Assembly: GCA_934091015.1 (NCBI GenBank) | Contig: CAKOKM010000001.1 | Coordinates: forward strand, 1-59,587 | DNA: 59,587 nucleotides | Direction of reading: 5' to 3' | From: an uncultured Bacilli bacterium | GTDB lineage: Bacteria > Bacillota_I > Bacilli_A > RF39 > UBA660 | In this document: positions 44,135-54,991 of the stretch, piece after piece | Layout: every line of letters begins with the position of its first letter | Position numbering within the stretch: the first letter of the stretch is position 1 | The notes under the pieces: model-generated | Seen by the model: only the letters and a program-made list of their open reading frames with translations | What the model was told of the DNA's origin: nothing | Databases searched by the model: none | Position numbers and translations under genes: made by a program

Positions 44135-44164
44135 TACGATTTTGGTGTTTACACCAAAATCGTA
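44135..44164. repeat. 30-bp palindrome TACGATTTTGGTGT-TT-ACACCAAAATCGTA
   Basis: 14-bp arms. A 26-nt stretch is the reverse complement of 43463-43488 inside dinD. Confidence 0.8.
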
Positions 44165-44307
44165 ATAAAAATGATTAATAAACTTTTAAATATTTCATTA
44201 ATGTCATGTATATAAACTGACTAAATAAAGGTAATTATGTTTAAAACTAAAATAATAACTATCAAAAAATTCAATTAATAAGTCGTTATCATAATCAAAC
44301 AAATGTA

Positions 44308-44336
44308 TTGACATAACCATGCTAACATTATATTAT
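44308..44336 (+). promoter_or_regulatory. Sigma-A type promoter
   Basis: TTGACA (44308-44313), 17 nt, TATTAT (44331-44336). Confidence 0.6.
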
Positions 44337-44365
44337 AACAAATAACAAATTAATTGGAGGTAAAT

Positions 44366-46726
44366 GTGAACGATACAGAAATTATTAAATTAATCAATCA
44401 TAATAAAAATGAAATAGTACGATTAACTAAAGAAATAGATATACTTACCCAAAAATTAAATCAAGAAAAAAATGATGCAAAAATACTAACACAAGAAGAT
44501 AAAATAAAAATATTTATGGACTATTTTAAAGGAAGAACGGATGTTTATCCATCAATGAGATATGATAAAGCAACAAATAAAATAACATATTTTCCATTAT
44601 GCCAAAATGCCTTTAAATCAGGTGTATGTAATCTAACTAAAAATCAAAAATGTAACACATGTCAATATCGTCAAAATACACCATTAACCTACGAAACCAT
44701 AAAGAATCATATGTACAATGACAAAGCAATAGGAATTTATCCAATATTAGAAGATGACACTTGTTATTTTGTTGCATTTGATTTTGATAATAAACAAGGT
44801 AATAATGATATAAAAGAAGAAGTTTTAGCATTCTCCAGTATATGCGATAAATATAATATTCCATATATTATGGAAAAAAGTCGTTCAGGAAATGGTATTC
44901 ATATATGGATTTTCTTTGAAACCAATATAAAAGCAATAACAGCACGAAAAATGGGAAGTCTGTTATTATCTAAAACGATGGAATTAACTAATTTATCACC
45001 AACATCTTTCGATCGAATGTTTCCGAGTCAAGATACATTACCTAAAGGCGGTTATGGCAATTTAATAAGTCTTCCATTTCAAAAAGAACCAGCTAAATAT
45101 GGAAATACATTACTAATAGATAAGAACTTTATGACAATAAAAAACCAATTTTTATACCTAAAAGGAATTCATAAAATGACAGAATTAGAAATATATGATA
45201 CTATCAAAATTCTATCCCAAAACACCATTGATTTAGGACACGAAATAATTGATATGAATAAAGAAATAAAAACCAAAACTAAAAATAATATATCTTATCC
45301 CAAGTCAATAAATATAATTTTAAAAGATATGATCTATATCGACAAAGCAAATTTATCCAGTGAAGTAAAAAATGCTTTTAGAAGACTAGCCACATTTGCA
45401 AACCCAGAGTTTTACAAAAAACAAAGGTTAAGAATGTCAGTTTATAATACTCCAATGATAATTGATTGTAGCAAAGAAGATGAAAAATATATTAAACTTC
45501 CTAGAGGAACATACGAATATTTAGAAAATTTATGTAATATAAACAATATTTTGATCAATAAAACAGACACTAGAAATAAAGGAATAAAATTAAATTTAAA
45601 ATTTAATGGTAAATTAAGAGACGAACAAAAAAATGCCTTAAGTTGTTTATTAAAATATGATAATGGTATATTATGTGCTCCTACCGGATTTGGCAAAACC
45701 GTCATCGGTTGTAAATTAATTGAAGAAAGAAAAGTAAATACACTAATATTAGTTAATAGAATTCAATTGCTTAAACAATGGCAAGAAAGAATCAAAGAAT
45801 TTTTAAATATTGATGAAGTTGGAGAAATTAGTGGAACAAAAAAGAAAATTACAAATAAAATTGATGTTGCCAGCATTAGATCATTATGGAATAACGGAAA
45901 GATTTTAGATATAACAAAGAATTATGGGATGATAATTATTGATGAATGTCATCATACAGCGGCTTATACTTTTGAACAATCTATAAATACAGGAGATTCT
46001 AAATACGTATATGGTATATCTGCTACTCCAGAAAGAGAAAATGGTCATACTCCAATAATAACAATGCAATGTGGCAACATTAGATATAAAGTAGATAATT
46101 TAAAGTTTAATCAAGAATTAAATATACCAATGAAAGTAATAGTTCAAAAAAGTCACTTGAATTTTACCAATCCAAATATAAAAAACTACGCTTTAAACGA
46201 AATCAATGATTTAATATCAAAAGATATAATAAGAACTGAAAAAATAATAAAAGACATTAAGTATGAATTTAATAATGGAAAAAATATTTTAGTTCTAACT
46301 GAACGTTTAGAGCATCTAGACTATATTTATAATAAATTAAAAAATATTACTGACAATGTTCTAAAATATTATGGTGGAATTGGTAAAAAGAAATTAAAAG
46401 AATATGCTAGTTTAACTAATTTAATTAATGAAAAATGTGAAAATAAAATAATTGTTGCGACTGGTTCAACCGTAGGAGAAGGATTTGATGATGCTAAACT
46501 AGATGTTTTATTCTTAACAATGCCAATTTCTGGAAAAACAAGAGTAACACAATATGCTGGAAGATTGCATAGAAAAGATGTTAATAAAAAAGATATAATT
46601 ATATATGATTATGTTGATGATAATTTTGTACAAACAAGAAATATGTTTTTAAAGAGAAAAAAGACATATGAAAAATTAGGATATAACATTGTCGAAGATT
46701 ATGAACAAACCAAATTAAATATTTAA
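44366..46726 (+). CDS. Archaeo-eukaryotic primase (AEP)-like domain fused to an SF2 (DEAD/ResIII-type) helicase
   Basis: N-terminal F-x-GR-x-DVY, a Cys cluster (CQN...C-x8-C-x2-C), FVAFDFDN (AEP motif I), SRSGNGIHIWIFF (motif II) and FDRMFPSQD. Helicase part CAPTGFGKT, IIIDECHH, SATPER and QYAGRLHR. Start is GTG 44366 (GGAGG 5 nt upstream) or TTG 44354. Confidence 0.75.
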   Translation: MNDTEIIKLINHNKNEIVRLTKEIDILTQKLNQEKNDAKILTQEDKIKIFMDYFKGRTDVYPSMRYDKATNKITYFPLCQNAFKSGVCNLTKNQKCNTCQYRQNTPLTYETIKNHMYNDKAIGIYPILEDDTCYFVAFDFDNKQGNNDIKEEVLAFSSICDKYNIPYIMEKSRSGNGIHIWIFFETNIKAITARKMGSLLLSKTMELTNLSPTSFDRMFPSQDTLPKGGYGNLISLPFQKEPAKYGNTLLIDKNFMTIKNQFLYLKGIHKMTELEIYDTIKILSQNTIDLGHEIIDMNKEIKTKTKNNISYPKSINIILKDMIYIDKANLSSEVKNAFRRLATFANPEFYKKQRLRMSVYNTPMIIDCSKEDEKYIKLPRGTYEYLENLCNINNILINKTDTRNKGIKLNLKFNGKLRDEQKNALSCLLKYDNGILCAPTGFGKTVIGCKLIEERKVNTLILVNRIQLLKQWQERIKEFLNIDEVGEISGTKKKITNKIDVASIRSLWNNGKILDITKNYGMIIIDECHHTAAYTFEQSINTGDSKYVYGISATPERENGHTPIITMQCGNIRYKVDNLKFNQELNIPMKVIVQKSHLNFTNPNIKNYALNEINDLISKDIIRTEKIIKDIKYEFNNGKNILVLTERLEHLDYIYNKLKNITDNVLKYYGGIGKKKLKEYASLTNLINEKCENKIIVATGSTVGEGFDDAKLDVLFLTMPISGKTRVTQYAGRLHRKDVNKKDIIIYDYVDDNFVQTRNMFLKRKKTYEKLGYNIVEDYEQTKLNI

Positions 46727-46741
46727 GAAAGAAGTGAAAAA

Positions 46742-47134
46742 ATGATTAAGGTAGTAGCTGCAATAATTAGAAATAATCAAAATGAAATATTTATAGCTCA
46801 AAGAAATCAAAATAAATCTCAAGGTGGTTTATGGGAATTTCCTGGTGGGAAAATCGAACCTAATGAAACTGAAAATCAGGCAATTATTAGAGAAATAAAA
46901 GAAGAATTAGACATGAATATTACAGTAATAGATAAGTATACTGAAATAATTTATGAATATCCCGATAAAACTATTAATCTAATTGTCTTAAATTGTCAAA
47001 TGAATGATAATCATTATGCTTTACTAGAACACCAAGATTGTGCCTGGACAGTTCCATCTAATCTAAAAAACTATGAATTTGCTCCTGCTGACAAGATCAT
47101 CATTAACAAATTAAACAACAATAAAATCTCTTAA
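46742..47134 (+). CDS. Nudix hydrolase (MutT-like)
   Basis: Nudix box GGLWEFPGGKIEPNETENQAIIREIKEELDM. 130 aa, 15 nt after the AEP-helicase gene. Confidence 0.85.
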   Translation: MIKVVAAIIRNNQNEIFIAQRNQNKSQGGLWEFPGGKIEPNETENQAIIREIKEELDMNITVIDKYTEIIYEYPDKTINLIVLNCQMNDNHYALLEHQDCAWTVPSNLKNYEFAPADKIIINKLNNNKIS

Positions 47135-47680
47135 TATTATATTGATAGGATTAAATTTTTTGTAAATTATTTCTTAATTTTGGTTTTGATTGACAAACCT
47201 GTAAAAAACTTTAATATTTTTGATACTTATATCATTAAAAGATGTATAGTTGCTAATAATCAGACAATATTTGCAACTATCTTTTTTTATACAATAAAAT
47301 TTCATACTACAAAAACAAACGCATGATATACATAATATTAAAGTATAAAATTTAAGGATTAAAATCAAATTATCTAAATATGAATAATAACTAATAAAAA
47401 CATAATAAAAAGCAATGAAAGATAGCAACTACCGGAATTTAAGTCTGTAAATATTAAAGGTTACTTTATATTTGAAACAGAAAATTATAAGTAAAATACG
47501 AAAATATCAAATTTTAATTTTTATCTACGTTTAGTGTTAAACAAATACATCAAAAAAGAATTCATAGTATCAAGCAAAATACATGTCGACATGATCAAAG
47601 ACGGGTTTACATTAACTTAAAATTTGATATAATAATTATAGATAGTAAAGAAGACTATTGTTTAGAAAGGTAGGAGAGAA

Positions 47681-48928
47681 ATGAGTAATATTCATGTGAC
47701 AAGTGAAATAGGAAAATTAAAAAAAGTATTACTTCATAGACCAGGAAATGAGTTATTAAATCTAACTCCAGATACTTTAAATGAATTACTTTTTGACGAT
47801 ATTCCTTATTTAGCTGAAGCACAAAGAGAACATGACATGTTCGCAAAAGCATTAATTGAAAATGACATAGAAGTTGTTTATCTTGAAGATTTAGTAGCAG
47901 AAGTAATTGATAGTGATGAAAAAATTCGTGATAAATTTATTCGACAATTTATTATAGAGGCTGGAATTCATACTATAAAGTATCAAATTTTAACCTATAA
48001 ATTTTTAGATAAAATAAAAGATTCTAAAAAATTAGTACTACAAACCATGGAAGGAATTCAAATTAAAGACTTTCCTTTTAGAAAAAGGGAAATAGAAAAA
48101 ACGTTGGTGGATTTAGTTGATGAGCCAGAAAAGTTTATAGCAGCTCCAATGCCAAATTTATACTTTACAAGAGATAATTTTGCAAGCGTTGGTGAGGGAG
48201 CAAATTTAAATCACATGTATTCAGTTACAAGAAATAGGGAATGCATTTATGCCGAATATATCTTTAAATATCATCCAGATTTTAAAGACACACCTTTATA
48301 TTATAATAGAGGTTATCATTGGCATACAGAAGGTGGAGACTTATTAAATATTAATGAACATACTGTAGCCATTGGTATCTCACAAAGGACTGAAGCATCA
48401 GCTATAGATCAAATTTCTAAAAACTTTTTTAAAGATCCAACTTGTAAAATTGATACTGTTTTAGCATTTAATATTCCAGTATCAAGAGCATTTATGCATC
48501 TTGATACAGTATTTACACAAATAGATAAGTATACATTTACATACCATCCTGCAATTTCAGATACATTACAAGTGTTTGAAATAACTGAAGGGTTTGATCC
48601 TACAACTTATGAAGATTTAAATGTAAAAGAAATAAAAGGATCATTAAAGGAAATATTGGAAAAATATTTAGATCACCCAGTAACTCTTATTCCTTGTGCT
48701 GGAGGAGATAAAGTAGCCAGCGAGCGTGAACAATGGAATGATGGATCAAACACATTATGTATAGCACCAGGAGTAGTTGTTGTATATGATAGAAATGATG
48801 TAACAAATAAAGAATTACGCAAAGCTGGTCTTAAAGTAATTGAGATTTGTGGAGCAGAATTAAGTCGTGGACGTGGAGGCCCAAGATGTATGTCTATGCC
48901 ACTTGTGAGGGAGGATGTTGAATGGTAG
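47681..48928 (+). CDS. arcA: Arginine deiminase
   Basis: 415 aa. The N-terminus [15 protein letters not shown] and C-terminal GGPRCMSMP (catalytic Cys) are typical of ArcA. Confidence 0.92.
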   Translation: MSNIHVTSEIGKLKKVLLHRPGNELLNLTPDTLNELLFDDIPYLAEAQREHDMFAKALIENDIEVVYLEDLVAEVIDSDEKIRDKFIRQFIIEAGIHTIKYQILTYKFLDKIKDSKKLVLQTMEGIQIKDFPFRKREIEKTLVDLVDEPEKFIAAPMPNLYFTRDNFASVGEGANLNHMYSVTRNRECIYAEYIFKYHPDFKDTPLYYNRGYHWHTEGGDLLNINEHTVAIGISQRTEASAIDQISKNFFKDPTCKIDTVLAFNIPVSRAFMHLDTVFTQIDKYTFTYHPAISDTLQVFEITEGFDPTTYEDLNVKEIKGSLKEILEKYLDHPVTLIPCAGGDKVASEREQWNDGSNTLCIAPGVVVVYDRNDVTNKELRKAGLKVIEICGAELSRGRGGPRCMSMPLVREDVEW

Positions 48929-49917
48929 ATTTAAGAGGCAGAGATTTTTTAAAACTATTAGATTATACGCCTGAAGAGATTAGACATTTAATAGATGTAG
49001 CAATAGATTTAAAAAATCTAAAGAAAAATAATATAACTCATAGATATTTAGAAGGAAAACAAATAGCTATGATATTTGAAAAAGATTCTACAAGAACTAG
49101 ATGTGCTTTTGAAGCAGGAGCTCATGATCTTGGAATGTCCGCAACATATTTAGGACCAACCGGTTCTCAAATGGGAAAAAAAGAAACAATTGAAGACACA
49201 GCACGAGTTTTAGCAAGCATGTATGATGGAATTGAATATCGTGGATTTGATCAAGCAATAGTAGAAAATCTTGCTAAATATAGCAAAGTTCCCGTATGGA
49301 ATGGTCTAACTAATGAATTTCATCCAACCCAAATGCTTGCAGATCTTATGACTATCCAAGAAGAATTTGGATCTTTAAAGGGAAGAAAATTAGTGTTCTG
49401 TGGAGATGCTAGAAATAACGTAGCAAATTCACTTATGGTAGCATGTTCAAAATTAGGAGTTAATTTTACATGTTGCGCACCAAAAACACTTTGGCCAGAA
49501 GAGGAACTAGTTAATAAATGTAAAAAAATTGCTTATGAGAATGGTTCTGCAATAAATATGACTGAAGATATTATGGAAGGTGTAAAAGATGCAGATGCAC
49601 TTTATACCGATGTATGGGTTTCAATGGGAGAACCTATGGAAATATGGAAAGAGAGAATTGAACTTTTAAGCCCTTACCAAATAAATATGAATGTTATGAA
49701 AAACGCTAAAGAAAACGCTATTTTCTTACATTGTTTGCCATCATTTCATAACAATGAAACAAGAATAGGAAAAGAAATAGAAGAAAAATTTGGAATAAAA
49801 GAAATGGAAGTTACAGATGAAGTGTTTGAGTCAAGTAAATCTAGAGTATTTGAAGAAGCAGAAAATAGACTTCATACAATAAAAGCTGTAATGTTGGAGA
49901 CTATGAAAAATGAGTAA
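48922..49917 (+). CDS. arcB: Ornithine carbamoyltransferase (catabolic context)
   Basis: [13 protein letters not shown] and HCLP motifs. Overlaps the arcA stop. Confidence 0.92.
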   Translation: MVDLRGRDFLKLLDYTPEEIRHLIDVAIDLKNLKKNNITHRYLEGKQIAMIFEKDSTRTRCAFEAGAHDLGMSATYLGPTGSQMGKKETIEDTARVLASMYDGIEYRGFDQAIVENLAKYSKVPVWNGLTNEFHPTQMLADLMTIQEEFGSLKGRKLVFCGDARNNVANSLMVACSKLGVNFTCCAPKTLWPEEELVNKCKKIAYENGSAINMTEDIMEGVKDADALYTDVWVSMGEPMEIWKERIELLSPYQINMNVMKNAKENAIFLHCLPSFHNNETRIGKEIEEKFGIKEMEVTDEVFESSKSRVFEEAENRLHTIKAVMLETMKNE

Positions 49918-52294
49918 AATTGTTATTGCATTAGGAGGAAATGCATTAGGTAAAAATCCTCAAGAACAGCATGATAGAATTGAAAGTACAGTAAAATATT
50001 TAATTGATTTAGTACAAGCTGGAAATCAAATTGTTATCACCCACGGAAATGGTCCACAAGTAGGAATGATTTATGATTCTATGAAAGAAGATAAAGTTCC
50101 ATTCGCTGAAAGTGGAGCCATGTCACAAGGGTATATTGGTTATCAATTACAACAATCATTAAAAGATGAGTTGAATAAAAGAAAAATAAAAAAAGAAGTT
50201 GTAACAGTAATTACCCAAGTAGAAGTAAATCCTTTAGATCCTGCATTTAAAAATCCAACTAAACCAATAGGAGAATTTTTGACTCGCGAGCAAGCATTAG
50301 AAAAACAAAAAGAAGAAAAGGTTGTTTATAAAGAAGACGCAGGCAGAGGATATCGAAAAGTAGTTGCATCTCCAGAACCAAAGAAAATATTAGAACTTGG
50401 CACAATTAAAAATTTAATGGAGCAAGGCACCATAGTAATTGCTTGTGGTGGCGGTGGTGTACCTGTAGTTATGACAAAAACAAACGGCTACGAGGGAACA
50501 GATGCTGTTATAGATAAAGATAAAACAAGCGCCTTACTTGCTCAAGAAATTAATGCAGATACTTTATTAATTTTAACTGATGTTGAAAAAGTATCTTATA
50601 ACTACAAACAAAAAAATGAAGAAGAAATAAATAAATTATCTATAGCTGAAGCAAGAGTTGGTATTAGACATGATGAATTTAAAGAAGGAAGTATGTTACC
50701 GAAAATAGAGGCTTCTATTGGATTTGTTAAAGCTACAGGAAATAAAGCAATTATTACATCTTTATTTAAAGCAAAAGAAGCATTAGAAGGTAAAACAGGT
50801 ACATTAATTTATAAACCTGAAGTAAAGAAAGAAGAAAAGAAAAAGAGAATCTCATTTTCACTTAGTGCATTTACTATAATCCTAGCTTTAATATTTATAC
50901 TTGCAATAATTACACATTTACTTCCTAAAGCATCATTTATTGGTGAAGAAATAGTAAATGGTAGTGGAGTAGTAGGAGCTACATTATCCCAAACATTATT
51001 AGCACCTATTCGAGGATTTGCAGATGCTATTGATATTTGTGTATTTATATTAATACTTGGAGCATTCCTAAAAATAGTTAATTCAACTCAAGCTATCGAA
51101 ACAGGAATTCAAGTCTTAATTAAAAAACTTCATGGACATGAATTAGTATTAATTCCTATTCTTATGATAATATTTTCAATAGGTGGTACTACTTATGGTA
51201 TGCTTGAAGAAACCGTTGGTTTCTACGCATTACTTGCTGCCGCAATGGTAGCAGCAGGTATGGATACTGTTGTATCTTCAGCTATTGTACTTTTAGGAGC
51301 CGGATCAGGAGTTCTTGGCTCAACAGTAAACCCCTTTGCTGTAGGTGTTGCAGTTGATGCTGCAAAGTCAACCTTACCAGCAGGAGTAGCTATTAATCAA
51401 GGAACAATAATTGGATTAGGAACAATGTTATGGTTGTCAACTTTAATAATTTCTATAATATTTGTAATGCTATATGCAAAACAAGTTATTAAGAAAAAAG
51501 GCTCAACAATATTAAGTTTACAAGAACAAAGAAATATGGAGGCTACTTATGGCGAAGATATTGAAAGAGCTGAAGCTAAATTAACAGGAAAACAAAAAAT
51601 TACATTAATTTTATTCGCATTAACTTTTGTTATTATGATTATGAGTTTTATCCCTTGGGAAGATTTTGGTATTACAGCATTTGTAAACTCTAAAGTATTT
51701 GGTTTATCATGGTTAGTTGGCGTGCCAATTGGTCAATGGTATTTCCAAGAAGCTACATTATGGTTTTTAATTATGACCATAGTAATTGCACTTGTAAATC
51801 GTATGAAAGAGAACGAGATTGTTGATAAAATAATTGATGGTGCTGATGATATGGTAGGTGTAATATTAATAATTGCACTTGCAAGAGGAGCATCAGTATT
51901 AATGAGTGACACACACTTAGATAATTATATAATTTATAATGCTGCAAATGTACTAAAAATTTTACCAAAGGTAGTGTTTGCTCCATTAAATTATATTTTA
52001 CATGTCGGACTTTCTGTATTAGTTCCATCTAGTAGTGGACTTGCAACATTATCAACTCCAATTATGGCTCCACTTGCACATCAAGTAGGATACAATGTTG
52101 AAGCTACTATAATGGGAATGGTAGCAGCAAACGGATTTGTAAATCTATTTACACCAACTTGTGGCGCTATAATGGGAGGCCTAGCACTTGCCAAAGTAGA
52201 ATACACAACCTGGTTAAAATGGGTATTTAAAGTATTAGCTTGTATAATGCTTGCAAATATAGTAATATTAACAATTGCAATGTTAGTTTTATAA
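49910..52294 (+). CDS. arcC: Carbamate kinase fused in frame to a YfcC-type (putative arginine/ornithine) permease
   Basis: N-terminal ~300 aa: [10 protein letters not shown] and THGNGPQVG (carbamate kinase). After [23 protein letters not shown] the ORF continues with no stop or ATG into ~480 aa of polytopic membrane protein resembling the YfcC/DcuC-like family. Confidence 0.8.
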   Translation: MSKIVIALGGNALGKNPQEQHDRIESTVKYLIDLVQAGNQIVITHGNGPQVGMIYDSMKEDKVPFAESGAMSQGYIGYQLQQSLKDELNKRKIKKEVVTVITQVEVNPLDPAFKNPTKPIGEFLTREQALEKQKEEKVVYKEDAGRGYRKVVASPEPKKILELGTIKNLMEQGTIVIACGGGGVPVVMTKTNGYEGTDAVIDKDKTSALLAQEINADTLLILTDVEKVSYNYKQKNEEEINKLSIAEARVGIRHDEFKEGSMLPKIEASIGFVKATGNKAIITSLFKAKEALEGKTGTLIYKPEVKKEEKKKRISFSLSAFTIILALIFILAIITHLLPKASFIGEEIVNGSGVVGATLSQTLLAPIRGFADAIDICVFILILGAFLKIVNSTQAIETGIQVLIKKLHGHELVLIPILMIIFSIGGTTYGMLEETVGFYALLAAAMVAAGMDTVVSSAIVLLGAGSGVLGSTVNPFAVGVAVDAAKSTLPAGVAINQGTIIGLGTMLWLSTLIISIIFVMLYAKQVIKKKGSTILSLQEQRNMEATYGEDIERAEAKLTGKQKITLILFALTFVIMIMSFIPWEDFGITAFVNSKVFGLSWLVGVPIGQWYFQEATLWFLIMTIVIALVNRMKENEIVDKIIDGADDMVGVILIIALARGASVLMSDTHLDNYIIYNAANVLKILPKVVFAPLNYILHVGLSVLVPSSSGLATLSTPIMAPLAHQVGYNVEATIMGMVAANGFVNLFTPTCGAIMGGLALAKVEYTTWLKWVFKVLACIMLANIVILTIAMLVL

Positions 52295-52300
52295 AAATAC

Positions 52301-52326
52301 AAAAGAGTTCAAAAGAACTCTTTTTA
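52301..52326 (+). terminator. Intrinsic terminator of the arc operon
   Basis: AAGAGTTC-AAAA-GAACTCTT followed by a T-run. Confidence 0.75.
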
Positions 52327-52524
52327 TAGAATAAGAATTTCATAAAAATAATAACCATAAAAAGTTATTTATGTAAAAATGTATTTAAAATAAATTAAAG
52401 AATAATAAGTAATGAAATATAAATGATTATTTATAGAGAATATCGTCTAAATTTTGAAATTGATTAAGTTAAGGACAACAAGAAAAGTAATTAACTGAGA
52501 TAGAAAGAGAGGTGTTGTCGAGAA

Positions 52525-53973
52525 ATGATTATTCGACGTAGTAAAAAAAAGAATTTGTTTGGCATTATATTGTTAATATTTACTATATGTACTATATTAA
52601 CAGGATGTAGAAAAGAAAAAAAGGAAGAACTAATATTAGTAACAGAGGCGGGCTTTGCTCCATATGAATATTATTCTAATGGTAAAATTGTAGGTGTAGA
52701 TATAGATATAGCCCGTAAGATTGCTGATTATCTTGATAAAGAATTAGTAATTAAAGATGTTGCTTTTGATTCAATAATAAATGAAGTAAAAACCAAAAAG
52801 AGTGATATAGGAGCAGCCGGAATATCTTATACAGAAGAAAGAGCCATAGAAGTGGATTTTACTGTTAATTATGCATCAAGCAAACAAGTAATTATAGTTA
52901 AAAATGATAGTTTAATAACAGATGCAAATAATTTACAAGGCAAGGTTGCAGTTCAATTAGGGACAATCGCTGATTCTTATCTAACAGAAAAGTATCCAAA
53001 TATTACGTTAATTCGTGAAAAAAAATTTTTAGCCGCAATACAAGATTTAAAAGATAATAAAGTTGATGCAGTCGTAATGGATGAGTTACCAGCCAAAAAA
53101 TTAATTACAAAAGACATGATTATACTTCCAAATCCTCTTGTAGTTGATAATTATGGAATGGTTATATCTAAAGATAATAAAGAATTATTAAATGCATGCA
53201 ATACTGTAATTGAGCAAATGAAAAATAATGGTGAGATAGATAATCTTATTTTAAATCATATGGGAATAGACCAAAAGGTAAATAAAAATACAATTATTGA
53301 TAGAATATATAATAGTATTATATTAGATGGAAGATATAAATATATATTAAAGGGCTTATTAAATACATTAATAATAGCGCTAGGAGCCGTTATATTAGGA
53401 GTTTTTTTAGGAACATTACTAGCTATTATTAGAAATTATCATGATAACACCAATAAACTTAAATTATTAAATGTAATAGCAAGAATATATATAACAATTA
53501 TAAGAGGAACACCTAGTATATTACAACTCATGATTATATATTATGTAATATTTAAATCAGTGTCTATTAATATTGTTTTAGTTGGAATATTAGCGTTTGG
53601 AATAAATAGTGCAGCCTATGTAGCAGAAATTATAAGAGCTGGATTAAACTCTGTTAATAGAGGTCAAATAGAAGCAGGATATGCACTAGGATTAGATTAT
53701 AACAAGGTAATAAGGTATATTGTTTTACCTCAAGCAATAAAGAATATTATTCCTGCACTCGGAAATGAATTTATAACACTTGTAAAAGAAACTTCAGTAG
53801 GTGCTTATATAGGTATAGTTGAACTTACCAAAGCAAGTGATATAATTGCATCTCGAACATATGATTATTTCTTTCCATTAATTTTAATTGCAACCATATA
53901 TTTAATTATTACTTATGGATTAAGTAAAATAGTTAATTTAATTGAAAAGAGGTTAAAAAATGTTAAAAATTAA
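52525..53973 (+). CDS. Amino-acid ABC transporter, fused substrate-binding and permease protein
   Basis: Lipoprotein-type signal (LTGC), a family-3 SBP-like N-terminal half, and a C-terminal HisM/GlnP-type permease with the EAA-like loop (EAGYALGL). Confidence 0.85.
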   Translation: MIIRRSKKKNLFGIILLIFTICTILTGCRKEKKEELILVTEAGFAPYEYYSNGKIVGVDIDIARKIADYLDKELVIKDVAFDSIINEVKTKKSDIGAAGISYTEERAIEVDFTVNYASSKQVIIVKNDSLITDANNLQGKVAVQLGTIADSYLTEKYPNITLIREKKFLAAIQDLKDNKVDAVVMDELPAKKLITKDMIILPNPLVVDNYGMVISKDNKELLNACNTVIEQMKNNGEIDNLILNHMGIDQKVNKNTIIDRIYNSIILDGRYKYILKGLLNTLIIALGAVILGVFLGTLLAIIRNYHDNTNKLKLLNVIARIYITIIRGTPSILQLMIIYYVIFKSVSINIVLVGILAFGINSAAYVAEIIRAGLNSVNRGQIEAGYALGLDYNKVIRYIVLPQAIKNIIPALGNEFITLVKETSVGAYIGIVELTKASDIIASRTYDYFFPLILIATIYLIITYGLSKIVNLIEKRLKNVKN

Positions 53974-54685
53974 GTCTTTAAAGAAAAATTTTGGCTCTAA
54001 AAAAGTATTAAAAGGTATAGATTTAGAAGTAAACAAAGGCGATATTGTAGGTATAATAGGTCCAAGCGGATGTGGTAAATCGACACTTTTGAGAACCATA
54101 AATTTACTTGAAATACCCACAAGTGGTATAATTAACTTTGAAGGAAAAAATTTAGATTTTAAAGAAAATTTAACTTTTGTTAGAAGAAAAATAGGAATGT
54201 TATTTCAACAATTTAACCTATTTAGTAATATGACTGTACTTGAAAATATAATTTTAGCCCCTGTAAAATTAAAAATATTGTCACATGATGAAGCAGTAAA
54301 AGAGGCTACAAGTTTATTAAAGAAAATAGATTTATATGATAAAAAAGACTATTATCCTTATGAACTTTCAGGAGGACAACAACAAAGAATAGCAATTATA
54401 AGAGCTCTTATTATGCATCCGGATTTGATGTTATTTGATGAACCTACATCAGCACTAGATCCTGAAATGATAGGTGAAGTAACCAAGTTGATGAAGGAAA
54501 TTGCCAACCAAGGAATGACTATGATAGTTGTATCACATGAAATGAATTTTATAAAAAAATTTGCAACTAAAGTAATTTTTATGGAAGATGGAAAAATAAT
54601 TGAACAAGGTACCAAAGAAGAAATATTTAATCATCCCAAAGATGATAGACTAAAAGAATTTTTATCAAAAGTAAAAAACATATGA
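53960..54685 (+). CDS. Amino-acid ABC transporter ATP-binding protein
   Basis: Walker [10 protein letters not shown], signature LSGGQQQR, Walker [13 protein letters not shown]. GlnQ/HisP-like. Confidence 0.92.
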   Translation: MLKIKSLKKNFGSKKVLKGIDLEVNKGDIVGIIGPSGCGKSTLLRTINLLEIPTSGIINFEGKNLDFKENLTFVRRKIGMLFQQFNLFSNMTVLENIILAPVKLKILSHDEAVKEATSLLKKIDLYDKKDYYPYELSGGQQQRIAIIRALIMHPDLMLFDEPTSALDPEMIGEVTKLMKEIANQGMTMIVVSHEMNFIKKFATKVIFMEDGKIIEQGTKEEIFNHPKDDRLKEFLSKVKNI

Positions 54686-54687
54686 AA

Positions 54688-54722
54688 AAAAGAATTTGTA
54701 AATTTTAATCAAATTCTTTTTT
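54688..54722 (+). terminator. Intrinsic terminator
   Basis: AAAAGAATTTG-loop-CAAATTCTTTT followed by T's. Confidence 0.7.
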
Positions 54723-54991
54723 ATATTAAATTAAAACAATTAATATTAATAAAATTCACATTATAAAATAAAGATGTAAAATAACCAATATTAGCTAATA
54801 GAAAATAAACTTACAAATTTTCGAAACAAAAAAATATATGTAGTAACATAGATTCTGTTTTTCATTTCTAATAACTAGATAATCGTTAGCAAATGAACTA
54901 AAATTTAAGAAATTAAGTTAAAAAAATTTACAACTAAAAATCTAAGTGTTATACTAAAAACAATTTATAACAATTAGAAGGAGTATGCAAA

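Noticed and set aside
47174-47428. 84-aa minus-strand ORF, and possible ArgR/ArcR boxes, in the Nudix-arcA intergenic region.
   Set aside because: The ORF is Cys/Ile/Phe/Tyr-rich low-complexity sequence with no RBS. AT-rich near-palindromes there, such as TGTTAAACAAATACA, do not match ARG-box or Crp/Fnr-type consensus well enough to call.
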